Origin: Gemmatimonadota bacterium
GTDB lineage: Bacteria; JBHIER01; G020348925
Assembly (NCBI GenBank): GCA_020348925.1
Contig: CP070758.1
Location: 4,231,688 to 4,295,687 of the forward strand
Length of the DNA stretch: 64,000 nt
Reading direction: 5' to 3'
Part shown: positions 27,221-38,709 of the stretch, piece after piece
How positions within the stretch are numbered: the stretch's first letter is position 1
How the letters are laid out: each line of letters opens with the position of its first letter
Notes under the pieces: generated by a model
Seen by the model: the letters and a program-made list of their open reading frames with translations, nothing else
Told to the model about the DNA's origin: nothing
The model's database searches: none
Position numbers and translations under genes: made by a program

Positions 27221-29524
27221 TTATTCTCTTACCCCCTTCACATCGCCTTTCGCCTGATGAACAACTCCCTCGATCTCCTTCACCCGCTCTTCGGCGGCCT
27301 CGGCAAAGGTGTGAACGGCCTCCAGAATCTGGTCGTCCCCCAATCCCGCCTCTTCACGAACCTCGTCGACAGTTCCACCGGTGCGCCACCTGTTGTCCTT
27401 ATCAGCAGAAAGCGAATACGTATCCTCAAAATAGCGCCACGGGCCGCGCCACTCCTGCATCAACTTCTTCGACATGTTCGTAACAATCATGGAATTGAAG
27501 CGGTCGGCCTGGGAATAGACCTGCTCCTGGTAATCCGTCGGCTGTCTCCGAAAGAGCTCGGGGCTGATGGCCGTCACAATCTTGACGTTGAGGTTTTTCA
27601 GTTTGGGCAGAAGCCGAACCACGGCATCCGTCGTACTCGTCCCCTGAACGAGAATGGTCCCGCGTTTCGACCTCTTCTCATCGTAGGGTTTCATGATATA
27701 GCCGCCTCTGCGAGCCTCGAAATGCGAGGGGATTCCCAATGCTTCACGGTCAGGAATGACGATCGGCGGACGGGTCAGGTGGAGAGCAATGACGGATGCT
27801 GCCGTTTGCAAGGCTTCGCTCAAAACAACCGCTACCTCATTGTGTTCCCACGGTACGACATTGATCGTCTGGCCGTCGGGAAAGAGCTGGCCGACACCCG
27901 GGCCGAAAATACCAAAATGCGTGCGCGAGTCATCGGCTGTTTCAGGTCCAGAGTGACCGGCCAAGTATATCACTTTCCCCACTTTGATAGGGCTGTCCTG
28001 GGCCAACTGGCTAAACAACCGCATGGGTCCGTAACCGAGATAGATGAACGAACCATAGGTTCCATGGATGGCATAGTATCCACAAAACGTATTGAATGGA
28101 TCCTCGGCGAAATTTGTGGAAGCGATACCGGCAGACATCGAGGCGTTTGCAAACTCCGTGATCTCCGAAGGGAACTCCGTGCCCAGCCGGTTATCAGAAC
28201 CGTAAATGCCGTAGTCAACGTTCATCTGATTCATACACAGAGATCCGGAGAGGTCGGCTGCAAAGCTGATCAATCTCCCCTTCGTTATCCTGTTGACGTA
28301 ACACCCCCACTTGCCAAGGGCGTGCCTGTTGGCCGCTTTCGTGCCGGGATCCACAAAGAGTTCTTCCGGCAGGTTTTCCACCTTCAACCGCTCGTCCTGC
28401 CAGACATCCGCATCAGTGGGAATGGCCAATGTCACTTTATGAGGAACATGCATCGCATTGGAGACGAGCCTGCCGGCGATGTAGTCAATAAATTCCTCGT
28501 CCCGCCGAAGAACACTGAAGACATTATCAACACACTCGCCAAACTGGGCACGCACAATTTCCGCATCCGAAGCATCAATGGGTTCATAGCAGCCGCAAAA
28601 TTCAATTCCATACTTCTCCTGGAAAGGCTTCTTCGTCTCCCAATATCCCTCGCAGTTCATGGCGTGTGGCGAACCGTGGGATTTGTGTCCGGTAATACCG
28701 TAACCGCGTCCTTTCAGGGTGTGAAAAATACCGATTCGGGGGAGATCGCTCTCATCGGCCACCAATCCCTGAAGAACCTCAACGACACTGGGGATATGAT
28801 TTCCTTGTGCGGTCTCCTTCACAACCCAACCGTGAGCTTCCCACTGGACACAGGGTTCACCCGGGATAACCTCACTCACCTTTCGGTCAATGCTTTCGTC
28901 GTTAAAATCCTCGAGGAGAATGAACCTGTTGCCCAATTTGGCGGCCCAGGCCGCGTTCTGTGCTTCGTGTGTGCCGCCGGGAGTCAGTCCCCCCTCCCCT
29001 TCCAGGACAAAGATCTTGAAAGGAGCATTGGCATGATCAGCGGCAATGCCGATGCCCAATGACGCAGGGAATCCATGACCGGAAGGCCCGGTGTTATAGG
29101 AGATCATGCCCGTCGTCGTCACGGCATGGCCGTCCAGCTTGCTGCCCTGGCGGCGAAACTCGAGCAGATCCTCGGGAAGGATGGCCAGCTTTTCGTCGAA
29201 ATCATATGTATCGTCTCCGGTCTTCTTATGTTTTAACCTTAGAGCTTCGTATAAGACAGAGAGCAGAGCATACACAGCAGGGATCGTATGACCGGCAGCC
29301 AAAACGAACCGATCGTTGAGGGAATGTTTCGGTCTTCGGATATCGTATCTCATAACGCCACTTAAGAAGAGAGACGTCAGAATGTGGATTTTCCCCCGAC
29401 TTCCCCCGGGGTGACCGCTCTGCCTGTAATTGAGCATGATATCGATCAACTGATCGGACATATCGGCCACAGTGTCCAAGTATTTATAATTGATCTCCTT
29501 GACACTTTTTTTTGAGTCTCCCAT
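27221..29524 (-). CDS. tkt: Transketolase (single chain)
   Basis: QSGHPGGS, DRFVLAAGH, TGPSGHG, GEGG..E (ThDP motif variant), HTLKGRG, SHG, ADL and GHSGPETADDSRTH. Confidence 0.9.
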   Translation of the reverse strand: MGDSKKSVKEINYKYLDTVADMSDQLIDIMLNYRQSGHPGGSRGKIHILTSLFLSGVMRYDIRRPKHSLNDRFVLAAGHTIPAVYALLSVLYEALRLKHKKTGDDTYDFDEKLAILPEDLLEFRRQGSKLDGHAVTTTGMISYNTGPSGHGFPASLGIGIAADHANAPFKIFVLEGEGGLTPGGTHEAQNAAWAAKLGNRFILLEDFNDESIDRKVSEVIPGEPCVQWEAHGWVVKETAQGNHIPSVVEVLQGLVADESDLPRIGIFHTLKGRGYGITGHKSHGSPHAMNCEGYWETKKPFQEKYGIEFCGCYEPIDASDAEIVRAQFGECVDNVFSVLRRDEEFIDYIAGRLVSNAMHVPHKVTLAIPTDADVWQDERLKVENLPEELFVDPGTKAANRHALGKWGCYVNRITKGRLISFAADLSGSLCMNQMNVDYGIYGSDNRLGTEFPSEITEFANASMSAGIASTNFAEDPFNTFCGYYAIHGTYGSFIYLGYGPMRLFSQLAQDSPIKVGKVIYLAGHSGPETADDSRTHFGIFGPGVGQLFPDGQTINVVPWEHNEVAVVLSEALQTAASVIALHLTRPPIVIPDREALGIPSHFEARRGGYIMKPYDEKRSKRGTILVQGTSTTDAVVRLLPKLKNLNVKIVTAISPELFRRQPTDYQEQVYSQADRFNSMIVTNMSKKLMQEWRGPWRYFEDTYSLSADKDNRWRTGGTVDEVREEAGLGDDQILEAVHTFAEAAEERVKEIEGVVHQAKGDVKGVRE

Positions 29525-29939
29525 GAGCACAATCTCCTTTCGGTATTTGAGGGGATGATTATTTATAGTAAACCTACATCGAAAAAGAGTTTTTAAATAT
29601 ACGCTTTTTTCGCTGAAAAAACAACCTTGAAAGCACTGGCAGATGGTCGCTCATTCTAAAAAATCCACTGTTGATAAAACAGTGGGTGAATTGAATTACG
29701 GGAGACACTCCGTGAAATAACTTTTCGGTCAGTAACCGAAAGGTTTTGATAATTAAAGAAAAGGTTGCTTGATGTCCACTTTCATTTAAGTAAGCATTTT
29801 CACCAACTAATTCTCAGATGAATCAGATTTTAAACTTTCATTCACTCTCCTGAAGTGAATTTACCTAACCAAAATCACCCGAGTGTGTTAGACGTATTAC
29901 TTCTTGGAAGTATCAGAGGATATTATATTAAATCCTTAC

Positions 29940-29965
29940 TGCAAAGTCACGAATATTAAAGATAA
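29940..29965. mobile_element. IS-like terminal inverted repeat remnant (left side of island)
   Basis: tgcaaagtcacg at 29940-29951 is the perfect inverse of cgtgactttgca at 41240-41251; its flank matches 36745-36767 at 21/23. Confidence 0.45.
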
Positions 29966-30522
29966 TAAAAACACTTTCACTCCATCACAGATAGTCTATG
30001 TTTCTGTCGAAAGTGGTAGAAATCAACCATAGAAAATCATCAATCCCATCAAAATCCAAAATGGTGGATTATAGAAAAAATGTCCCTGCAATTCAGTAGT
30101 AGTTCTTCAAAATGCAATTTCGCTTCCTTTTGAATGCATAAATTATCCTTCAGTAATTATTTTTTGCCCTTGCTTTCCGGCAGATAACGGAATAATTTAA
30201 GAATTGACCTATCCATATGTTGAATTTTCTGAAAGGAAGTTCAACAGGCAAACCATGATCTGACTAATAATATCGCTCTCTAAGATATTCGATGTGAAGG
30301 AGTACGTATGGGTGACGTTGAGGTGTATCAACTGCTGGGATATAAAGTGACAGAGTGAGAGGATGATGTATTACTGGTGTGGGTATCATTCGGCTCGTGC
30401 GATCGACTCACATGTCAAATAGCTATACTTATATTATCGCACCCATGCCGTTGACCTTTTGCCACAAGACGCATGGTTTTCATGAAGCTGACCGATAATC
30501 GTTTTTTGAAAGGAGCCACAAA

Positions 30523-33500
30523 ATGAAATCAAGAAAGGGAAATTCGCTGAAGATATTTGTCTGTATGATTTTTATGGTAACCTTACTCATTGCTGGTAAA
30601 ACAGACGCTCAGGATCAAAAACGAGTGATCGTTGTTTCCGGTCAGGAGGCACCTGGTACGGGTGGTGCGATTTTTTCATCGTTTTCACCTGTGGCAATAA
30701 GCAATACCGGGAGAGTCCTTTTTGAAGGTCATCTCCAATATGGTGTGGCCGGTGTAACGGTAGCAAATTCAAAAGGCTATTGGGTCGAAGAAAATAACGA
30801 TATTAAGTTAATTGCCCGCGAAAAGAGCGAAGTACCCGGCCTGCAGGGACAGTTTTTTGTCGAAATTGTAGAAGTATTTATGGACTTGTCAGGTCAAATT
30901 GGAATTGAAGCAACCTATTCTCCCACAGGAGAGGAACCTGAAACTCATGGATTCTTCATGGAAGAGAATGGAACGTTGGCTTTAAAGGTGTATGACGGAA
31001 TGACCATATCACCGGAATCACCGGAGATAATACTGACACGCTTCTACGAAGTGAAAGGCTTCAATATGGGAGGTGTTATATTTCGCGGTTACATCTGGAG
31101 TGATGATGATCGTTCTTACCATTATATCCTGGCCATGGTGGACCAGAATGGTTTCACTATTCTCTGCAGGCAAGGTGATCCGATGCCGTTCATGGAAGAT
31201 GACTATGTGATTACACAATATATGGGTTTTTACAACACACTGAATATGTATGGAAATACAATTGTGTGGATAAAGGGTGAACATACTACAATTTATAGAA
31301 AAGAAACCTCAGCCGTTTATCTCTGGAAAAAATCAGAAGGGTTTTCACATATAATCCACAGTTATCCAAGCAATGGTACGAGCAATTATGGCTTTCATCT
31401 AAATTCTTCGGATAATGTATTGGCGAGTCCATTATACGGGGATACCCTTTATATGGAAAAGGACGGTACTTTTTTAAAAGTAGCAAGCAGGGGTGATGTG
31501 GCAGACGGTACCGATAGTGCAACCTTTATAGACTTTGTAGGTAGCGTTTTGCATGATAATGATATGATATCCGTATTTGCTACAACTACGGATGATAATT
31601 TTGATTCGAATATTGAGGCTGGCATCTGGACGGGTGATGAAACAGGGCTTCAAAATGTGATCCGCACAGGAAACCTTATGGAGGATTCGGTTTCGGTTTC
31701 CTCATTAAAGGGGATGGATGCAAATACCAGTGGGCAGGTTGCGATTTATGGAACGTCCGGGGGTCTGGGACTATTGGGTAATGACTGTATCTGGTTTGGA
31801 GACAAAAACGGCGTAAAGGTGGCAGCAAAAAAGTACGATCAGCTTGAAATTGAGCCCGGCGTTATAAAAACTATTGAATCTGTCACTCCATTAGAAGAAT
31901 ATATGGGTTTCTTCCGGGGGCCACGCACCGGTGCAACGGGTTGGCCGTCCACGGTCAATGATAACGGCGAGATTATTTTTCACGTAGAATTTCAAGAGGG
32001 GGAAAACGCCCTTGTTGTGGCTGTTGGGGGAGTTGGCGAGTTGGTAGTAAATTCAACCGACGATGATGTAGATAACAATCCAGGTAATGGAAAATGCGAA
32101 TGCGACGGTCATTATGTAGAGGGAAAGCCCAAATGCACGCTGCGGGCTGCTATTATGGAAGCCAATGCGAAAGAAGGGAAGGATAAGATAACTTTTGATA
32201 TTCCAGGTGAAGAAGACGTTTACTTAATTCAACCGAGTACAGCTTTACCGGAAATTACATCCCCTGTTTCTATCACCGGCTCTATGAATGAGCAGCAAAA
32301 ACCGGATATATATATCGACGGAGTTAATCTTACTGATTCTGACGGTCTACAGATAACGTTCGACGGAGAAGGGAGCAGTATCCAGAATCTCATTATCATG
32401 CATTTTGTTAATGGTATTCATATTGATGGAGGCTGGAATAATACCGTGAGTGGTTGCTATATCGGAACCGATACTGAAGAGGGCGATGTAGCCGGCAATA
32501 ACATTGGTATCATGATCACTAACGGCAATGGGAATACTATAGGTGGTAGTTCAAGAGAGTTAGGTAATTACATATCTGGAAATGGCGGAAACGGCTTAGT
32601 TATTAGTGGAACTGGATCCAAATTCAACAAGATATTGAATAATGTGATCGGTCCAAGAGTGAACCTGGAAGAAAATCCGGGCAATGGTGGCAATGGTATT
32701 TTTATTGAAAAAGGAGCAACCCAAAATACAGTAAAAGAGAATGTCATATCCGGGAATCTTGGACACGGGCTTTACATTTTAGGTTCGAGCAGCGACAATA
32801 CCAGGGAAAATATGATCTATAAGAATTTTATCGGAACCGATTTTGATGTGTCGGCAGATATTCCAAATGGCTTAAATGGAATACTTGTAGAGAATTCGGG
32901 AGCAAATACAATAGGTGGTACGCCCGATGGAGGAGAGATCAGCGGAAATATTATTTCAAGTAACAAAGGACATGGTATTGAGATCAAGGGAATACTTTCA
33001 TCGGTTAACTCTATCAAAGGAAACAAAATAGGCAAATGCTATTCTGAGTTAGAGACTGGGGCTAATGAGGGAGATGGAATTTTTATCAACTCCGCACCAA
33101 GAAACATCGTTGGCATTCTTGATCTAATACCAGGTGAGGGTTTGGGAAATCAAGTCAGCCTAAACATGGGTTCCGGGATCAGAATTGAAGGTGAGGACGC
33201 AACTGGAAACACGGTAGAAGGAAATCTACTGAATGGAAATGAATATGGAGTAAAGATTGTTAATGCCCCGGAAAATAGGATTGGTTATGAGTCAACAGGC
33301 CCCAATAACGTCATTAAATTAAATTTAAAAGACGGAATATATATATCCGGTTCAAATTCAATCGATAATACAATACACTATAACTATATAGGGACCGACG
33401 AAACCGGCTCGAGTAAGGAGGGTAACAACGGCAATGGAATCCATATCACTGGAGGAGCTTCTCAGTGCAAAATAAATAATAATGTTGTATCCGGAAATAA

Positions 33501-36500
33501 AGGGAACGGAATATACATAGATGGTGATTCGGAAAACGATACCCATGGTAATTCGATCAACGATAACAAGATCGGTACAAATAAAGACGGGAATGATTCA
33601 ATTCCTAATGAAAAGAGCGGTATTTACATTTCAAACTCGCATTCAAATAGAATCAGCTCGGTGGATGATGCTAATTTTCCCGGTAATATTATTTCTGGAA
33701 ATAAAGAATATGGTGTATTAATCGATGGTATAATCTCTACTTTCAATCAAATTTTTAATGCATACATCGGTGCAATGGTTGATGGAACAGGCAACCTCGG
33801 TAATGAAAAAGGTGGAATCAGATTAACTGAATCTCCGGGGAATATAATTGGTATTGCCGTGGCACCTGGCTCAATTGGCGGTAACCTGATTTCCGGTAAC
33901 GGCGGAAACGGAATCGTTATTGAGGAGTATTCTGATGGGAACTCTATAAACGGTAATTTGATCGGAGTAAACCGAGATGGTACAGATATATTGAAAAATG
34001 AAAAGGACGGTATTCTTTTGATAAATACAAGGGAAAATGTTATTGGAGAACTTCCTGGTAATAATGTGATCTCAGGGAATGGTGAAAACGGGATATATAT
34101 TATTGGGAACGAATCCAGACAAAATATTATTGGTGGAAATATGATAGGAACTGATTCTAAAGGGGAAAAGGCCCTTGGAAATGAAGAAAATGGTATCAAA
34201 TTGGATATGGCGGATGAGAATTTGATTGGTGGAATCACGGGTATTGCCCATAATCTCATATCCGGGAACAGAAAATCAGGAATATTGTTATTGACGGATG
34301 CAAACGAGAATAATATTGTAGGCAATTTTATTGGGACAAATCTTCCCGGTGACGATGCAATATTGGATAGTCTTGACATAATTGGCATTGAGATCAGTGA
34401 TTCACGTAGAAATAATATTGGTTTTTTTGAGGATAACAAAATAGGCAACTTAATTTCTGGAAACGATATTGGAATCTACATTTCTACTAGTCGAAGTGAA
34501 GGTGCTAATGTAATCAAACACAATTACATTGGAACAGACAAAACCTCAGATGTAAATGTCGGAAACACGTATGGAATAGTTCTCAACAGAACAAGTAAAA
34601 ATATCATTGGTGGAAGCTCTGGTGAAGATCGTAATATAATATCTTTTAATAAGATGTACGGTATTTATATGAGTGAATCATCAGAGAATGTGGTAAGTGG
34701 TAATTATATAGGGACCGATAACCTGGGAGAAAATGCCCGGGGGAATAAAGATGGGATTTTCATTCATTATAGATCAAAAAAGAACATCATAGGTGGTCCA
34801 TCAGAGAGTGAGGGAAATGTAATCTCAGGAAATGATATTGGGATTAGAATCAATGGCATGCTGACTGAGTATAATAAGATCTTGGGAAACAAAATCGGGA
34901 CAGACAAGAATGGCACCTTTCCGATTCCAAATAATACTGGAATAGAGTTTTGGGAAACTTGGTATAATCAAATTGGTGGCTATGAAGAATATGATAGAAA
35001 TATTATTTCAGGAAATATTAATGAAGGTATACTTATTGAAAAATCCTACGGATCTATAATTGTCGGTAATTATATAGGAACCAATAAAAACAAAATAAAT
35101 TTACAGAATACTGTTGGAATTAAAACAATAGATTTGGACTTTACAATCGGTGTGACATTTTCAGGCTTGAGTTTACAGAATTTACCAAATTTAATTGCGT
35201 ATAATGAAACCGGAATCTTCATCGAAATGAGTGAAGACCATGGCCGTGCATCAATTCTGTCGAATAATATTTTTAAAAATAATGTTGGCATTAAGATACA
35301 TCAATTACACGAGCTTATACTTAATCCGGCTATAAAGTACATAAATATTTTAGGTAATCATGTTCATGATAACCAAAAAGGGTTGGTCATTAGAAGTTAT
35401 AGAGCTGATGTGGACGAATCAGAAAAAATAATCATAGAAAATAATATCTTTGAAAACAATATAAGTAACACAAGTGGCATCCATCTCGATAGTACTTACG
35501 CCGTGATTCGAGGTAATCAGATAACGGGTGATGCCGGCAGTGCGATCTATCTTGAGAATTTCTCCAATGCAGACATCACCGATAATAACATTTACGGCAA
35601 TGAAGGATTTGGTGTGAAAAACATGTCCCCTGCAGTAACAGTAACTGCCGTAAACAACTGGTGGGGCGATGACAGCGGGCCAAGTGGCGAAGGTCAGGGC
35701 ATGGGTGATAAGGTCAGTACAGGGGTAGATTTTAGCAATTGGCGCACCGAGATGGTCTCACTGGTTCTCTCCACAGGTGCGGATACCGTATATATCCCAC
35801 CAGGTGAAAGTGATTCGGTCTACTTTTCTGTCCGCAACTGGCAGTATCCCACCGAAACGGTAGAGGTGAATGTAACGGATGATCTGAGCTGGGTGCAGGA
35901 GCCAACTAACTTCTCGGTGACGCTTGATTCAAGTTTTGGAGGTGGTGCCGCTATTCGTCTTGCAGTTTCTGGAAACACAGAGGAAGGTACAGAAAATAGT
36001 GTCATCGTAACAGCAATCTCGCAAACTGATCCGGGCACATTTGAAACTGATTCATTCCTTGTATTAACGTACGAACCTATCCCCACTCAAATTTTCGTAA
36101 TACCAGACTCAGTTGCGCTTTCTCCAGGTGATTCGGTGCAGTTTGAGGCAATAGGAATAAATCAGTTTAATACTATTCTTGTTTTTACGCCTGTCTGGAG
36201 CGCCGCAGGAGGGACGATAGATGAAACGGGATTGTATGCGGCCGGCTCGGAAGAAGGCGTGTATACAATTACTGCCAGACATGAAGCAGGAGGGGTAGAG
36301 GGATACGCACAAGTATTGATTCAATGGTATGTGGGTGTCGGACCGGATGAAAATATTCTCACTCAACAACTACCAACGGAGTATCTTCTCTCTCAGAACT
36401 ATCCCAATCCATTTAATCCTGTAACTACTATTGATTACGCTCTGCCTGAAGCAGCACAGGTGAAGGTTACGATATACAACATCATAGGACAGGTCGTTGA

Positions 36501-36639
36501 AGTGCTTATGAATTCACATCAAGCAGCCGGTTTCCATTCTGTCCAGTGGAATGCTTCTGGTTTAGTCAGTGGAGTCTATTTCTACAGACTTGAAGCTGGT
36601 GAATTCGTGACCACAAAGAAGATGCTACTGCTAAAGTGA
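30523..36639 (+). CDS. Giant secreted protein (2038 aa): N-terminal propeller-like repeats, CSLREA-like motif, long right-handed beta-helix, C-terminal sorting domain
   Basis: Signal peptide; N..G.(V/I).F repeats; VVNST.D..CTLRAAIMEAN; many N.IGTD..G...GN...GI and N.ISGN repeats; NNWWG; LSQNYPNPFNP..SGVYFYRL..KKMLLLK. Confidence 0.88.
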   Translation: MKSRKGNSLKIFVCMIFMVTLLIAGKTDAQDQKRVIVVSGQEAPGTGGAIFSSFSPVAISNTGRVLFEGHLQYGVAGVTVANSKGYWVEENNDIKLIAREKSEVPGLQGQFFVEIVEVFMDLSGQIGIEATYSPTGEEPETHGFFMEENGTLALKVYDGMTISPESPEIILTRFYEVKGFNMGGVIFRGYIWSDDDRSYHYILAMVDQNGFTILCRQGDPMPFMEDDYVITQYMGFYNTLNMYGNTIVWIKGEHTTIYRKETSAVYLWKKSEGFSHIIHSYPSNGTSNYGFHLNSSDNVLASPLYGDTLYMEKDGTFLKVASRGDVADGTDSATFIDFVGSVLHDNDMISVFATTTDDNFDSNIEAGIWTGDETGLQNVIRTGNLMEDSVSVSSLKGMDANTSGQVAIYGTSGGLGLLGNDCIWFGDKNGVKVAAKKYDQLEIEPGVIKTIESVTPLEEYMGFFRGPRTGATGWPSTVNDNGEIIFHVEFQEGENALVVAVGGVGELVVNSTDDDVDNNPGNGKCECDGHYVEGKPKCTLRAAIMEANAKEGKDKITFDIPGEEDVYLIQPSTALPEITSPVSITGSMNEQQKPDIYIDGVNLTDSDGLQITFDGEGSSIQNLIIMHFVNGIHIDGGWNNTVSGCYIGTDTEEGDVAGNNIGIMITNGNGNTIGGSSRELGNYISGNGGNGLVISGTGSKFNKILNNVIGPRVNLEENPGNGGNGIFIEKGATQNTVKENVISGNLGHGLYILGSSSDNTRENMIYKNFIGTDFDVSADIPNGLNGILVENSGANTIGGTPDGGEISGNIISSNKGHGIEIKGILSSVNSIKGNKIGKCYSELETGANEGDGIFINSAPRNIVGILDLIPGEGLGNQVSLNMGSGIRIEGEDATGNTVEGNLLNGNEYGVKIVNAPENRIGYESTGPNNVIKLNLKDGIYISGSNSIDNTIHYNYIGTDETGSSKEGNNGNGIHITGGASQCKINNNVVSGNKGNGIYIDGDSENDTHGNSINDNKIGTNKDGNDSIPNEKSGIYISNSHSNRISSVDDANFPGNIISGNKEYGVLIDGIISTFNQIFNAYIGAMVDGTGNLGNEKGGIRLTESPGNIIGIAVAPGSIGGNLISGNGGNGIVIEEYSDGNSINGNLIGVNRDGTDILKNEKDGILLINTRENVIGELPGNNVISGNGENGIYIIGNESRQNIIGGNMIGTDSKGEKALGNEENGIKLDMADENLIGGITGIAHNLISGNRKSGILLLTDANENNIVGNFIGTNLPGDDAILDSLDIIGIEISDSRRNNIGFFEDNKIGNLISGNDIGIYISTSRSEGANVIKHNYIGTDKTSDVNVGNTYGIVLNRTSKNIIGGSSGEDRNIISFNKMYGIYMSESSENVVSGNYIGTDNLGENARGNKDGIFIHYRSKKNIIGGPSESEGNVISGNDIGIRINGMLTEYNKILGNKIGTDKNGTFPIPNNTGIEFWETWYNQIGGYEEYDRNIISGNINEGILIEKSYGSIIVGNYIGTNKNKINLQNTVGIKTIDLDFTIGVTFSGLSLQNLPNLIAYNETGIFIEMSEDHGRASILSNNIFKNNVGIKIHQLHELILNPAIKYINILGNHVHDNQKGLVIRSYRADVDESEKIIIENNIFENNISNTSGIHLDSTYAVIRGNQITGDAGSAIYLENFSNADITDNNIYGNEGFGVKNMSPAVTVTAVNNWWGDDSGPSGEGQGMGDKVSTGVDFSNWRTEMVSLVLSTGADTVYIPPGESDSVYFSVRNWQYPTETVEVNVTDDLSWVQEPTNFSVTLDSSFGGGAAIRLAVSGNTEEGTENSVIVTAISQTDPGTFETDSFLVLTYEPIPTQIFVIPDSVALSPGDSVQFEAIGINQFNTILVFTPVWSAAGGTIDETGLYAAGSEEGVYTITARHEAGGVEGYAQVLIQWYVGVGPDENILTQQLPTEYLLSQNYPNPFNPVTTIDYALPEAAQVKVTIYNIIGQVVEVLMNSHQAAGFHSVQWNASGLVSGVYFYRLEAGEFVTTKKMLLLK

Positions 36640-36697
36640 TTTCTGTGATTCTTGGAGAAATTTGACAACATCGTTTAAAACCCGACAGTGTATGCTC

Positions 36698-36767
36698 TCT
36701 TTGATAACACTCACTTTTGGTGGAGGATCTGAAAAAATTCTAAAAAAGTCACGAATATCAAAGACAA
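36698..36767. mobile_element. Internally deleted IS-end/MITE-like remnant
   Basis: tctttgataacactcacttttggtgg at 36698-36723 matches 41265-41290 at 25/26, followed by aaagtcacgaatatcaaagacaa matching 29943-29965. Confidence 0.45.
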
Positions 36768-36863
36768 CCTTCACTTTGAAATTTTGTGCAAGAACTAATG
36801 TTTTCCACGAGAATCATAGAGATCACTCTCTTCTCTTGGGACTGAAGGTTTACCAAATGAGTC

Positions 36864-38234
36864 TTATTCCTGGAGTTCTGCTTCTAAAACCTCAATCCTC
36901 TCCTTCAAAGCCTCATTCTCAGCATGTAACTCCTTGATTGCCTCAATAAGTGGAGCAACAAGTCGCCCATAGGCTACAGACATGTGCCCATCATCATCAT
37001 TGGACACTGCCTCGGGAAATATCGCCTCGACCTACTGAGCGATTACCCCAATCTGCAACTCGTCAGATTTCTCTTCATCCTTCTATTTGAAATTCACACC
37101 TCGAAGAGAACTTACTTTCTTAAGAGCATTCTCAATAGACCTAACTTCCTTTTTCAGTCGCACATCAGAGGGGGAGACATTATCACCTCGAATCGTTCCA
37201 TTCACGTCAAGCTTGTATGAAGGATTAGAATATCCAATGCCAACCCTACCGCCTGAGTCGATCACGACTCTTTGTGCCGCTCCACCTATACCGAACCCTA
37301 TTTTGTCATAAAAGTTGGAATACTCAATTGAAGCTCTGCAATCATTCGTGAAATTTCCAAAGTAAATCCTCGACGAAAACGAATCTCCAGATACTAACGA
37401 CATATCTGTATACTCATTCGTCTTAATCTTTAGCTTTCTTGATCCCGGATCGTCCGTTCCGATGCCAACGTCACCGGTCCCATTCTCAATAACCATATAA
37501 TTGATGGTACCACTGCTTCTGAATATCAAATTATCTGAATCCTTTTGCACCCCTACAAACCAGTTTTCGGATCCATTGTTTTTGTAAACGATACCACTCC
37601 AGATTGCAGTATTCGATCTATCGATTTCTATGCCACCACCAGTATTTGAATGACGGATATCTAAATTTCTATCTGGACTCGTTGTTCCTATACCGACATT
37701 TCCGTTATGGTTCACGTAGACTGCATCCGTTGGATCACCATCGACAGCATCGAGGGAGTGTCCGTCTCCACCGCTCGCAGCCGTGTCATCCGTTCCATCA
37801 GCAAAGCCTTCGGGTACATCGGCCATATTGTTCCAGCTCACCCGATAAGCCGAGTCTGCGACGGCGGCCCGAAAGGCCGTCGGCACACTGACGAGACGGT
37901 ATCTCGGTGAGAGTTCATCGTCTCCAGCGACCTGCATACCCAACCAATAATCACCGTCGAAGTCCAGATCAATGGGATTTATCAATCCCAAGTTGACGTT
38001 GTACAGTCCTTCATGACAGTCAACATGAATTGTCTCCGTCCATAGAAGTGTACCGTCTTCTTCCGCATCGTAAATACGAAAGGTGACTTCATATTGACCG
38101 GTCAACGTATTGCCATCACTGTCATACAGCTTGCCCTGAAAGTTGATGAGTTGAGGCACATCAGCAGAAGCGGCCCCTGCTGCCAGCAAAACGAGGATGG
38201 CGATTGCGCTCAGGACAACCATTCGCCTGCTCAT
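36864..38234 (-). pseudogene. Secreted tail-fibre-like protein with peptidase S74 intramolecular chaperone domain interrupted by two TAG codons
   Basis: Signal peptide, VPQLINFQGKL domain, GNVGIGT repeats, SDVRLKKEV..LRGVNFK*KD..IGVIAQ*VEAIFPEAV..SVAYGRLVAPLIEAIKEL coiled coil, ending at TAA 36864-36866. Confidence 0.8.
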
Positions 38235-38709
38235 GGTTTTCTCCTTTCTTGATCAGAATAATTGATGAGTGAAAATGATAGGTAAACCAGTGTTTATTAT
38301 CTTAATGTTGTCAATTTCTGTGATCGTATGCGGAAAGAAGAGAAATCAGAAGAGAGAAGAGTTTATTGACGATTTTGAACTGATATCACCTCCTTGTTCA
38401 CTCCACACAAGTGAACAATCAACCCTCTCCCAATCCCAAATTACTTTTTAAATGTGTCTGTCAAGATGTTTCTGTGAATTCCCGAAAACTGAAAGGTTTC
38501 ACCCGAAATATTCTGCGATTTCACTCAACTCAAAATGAGGCTTTCTTACCCTAGCAGAGCTTTTTCAGAGTTTCTTGTCAACTCTTTCCCTTTAAGTGTT
38601 TGTTATCAAAAAAAACTACACTTTCACAGATTTAATAAAATTGTTTATTTCAACCGAAATTCACGGAAATCAAAACTGAATCACTTATCACTTTTGACAA
38701 CGAAGGAAT

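Noticed and set aside
27257-29062. 601-aa plus-strand ORF
   Set aside because: Antisense shadow of transketolase.
30241-30300. ggcaaacc resembling the start of a c-di-GMP-I riboswitch
   Set aside because: The GAAA-loop stem and the gacgcaaagc continuation are absent.
32400-35100. Periodic repeats considered as a CRISPR array or DGR-like repeats
   Set aside because: The repeats are conserved at protein level only (beta-helix coils). There are no identical DNA repeats with spacers, and no cas or reverse transcriptase gene.
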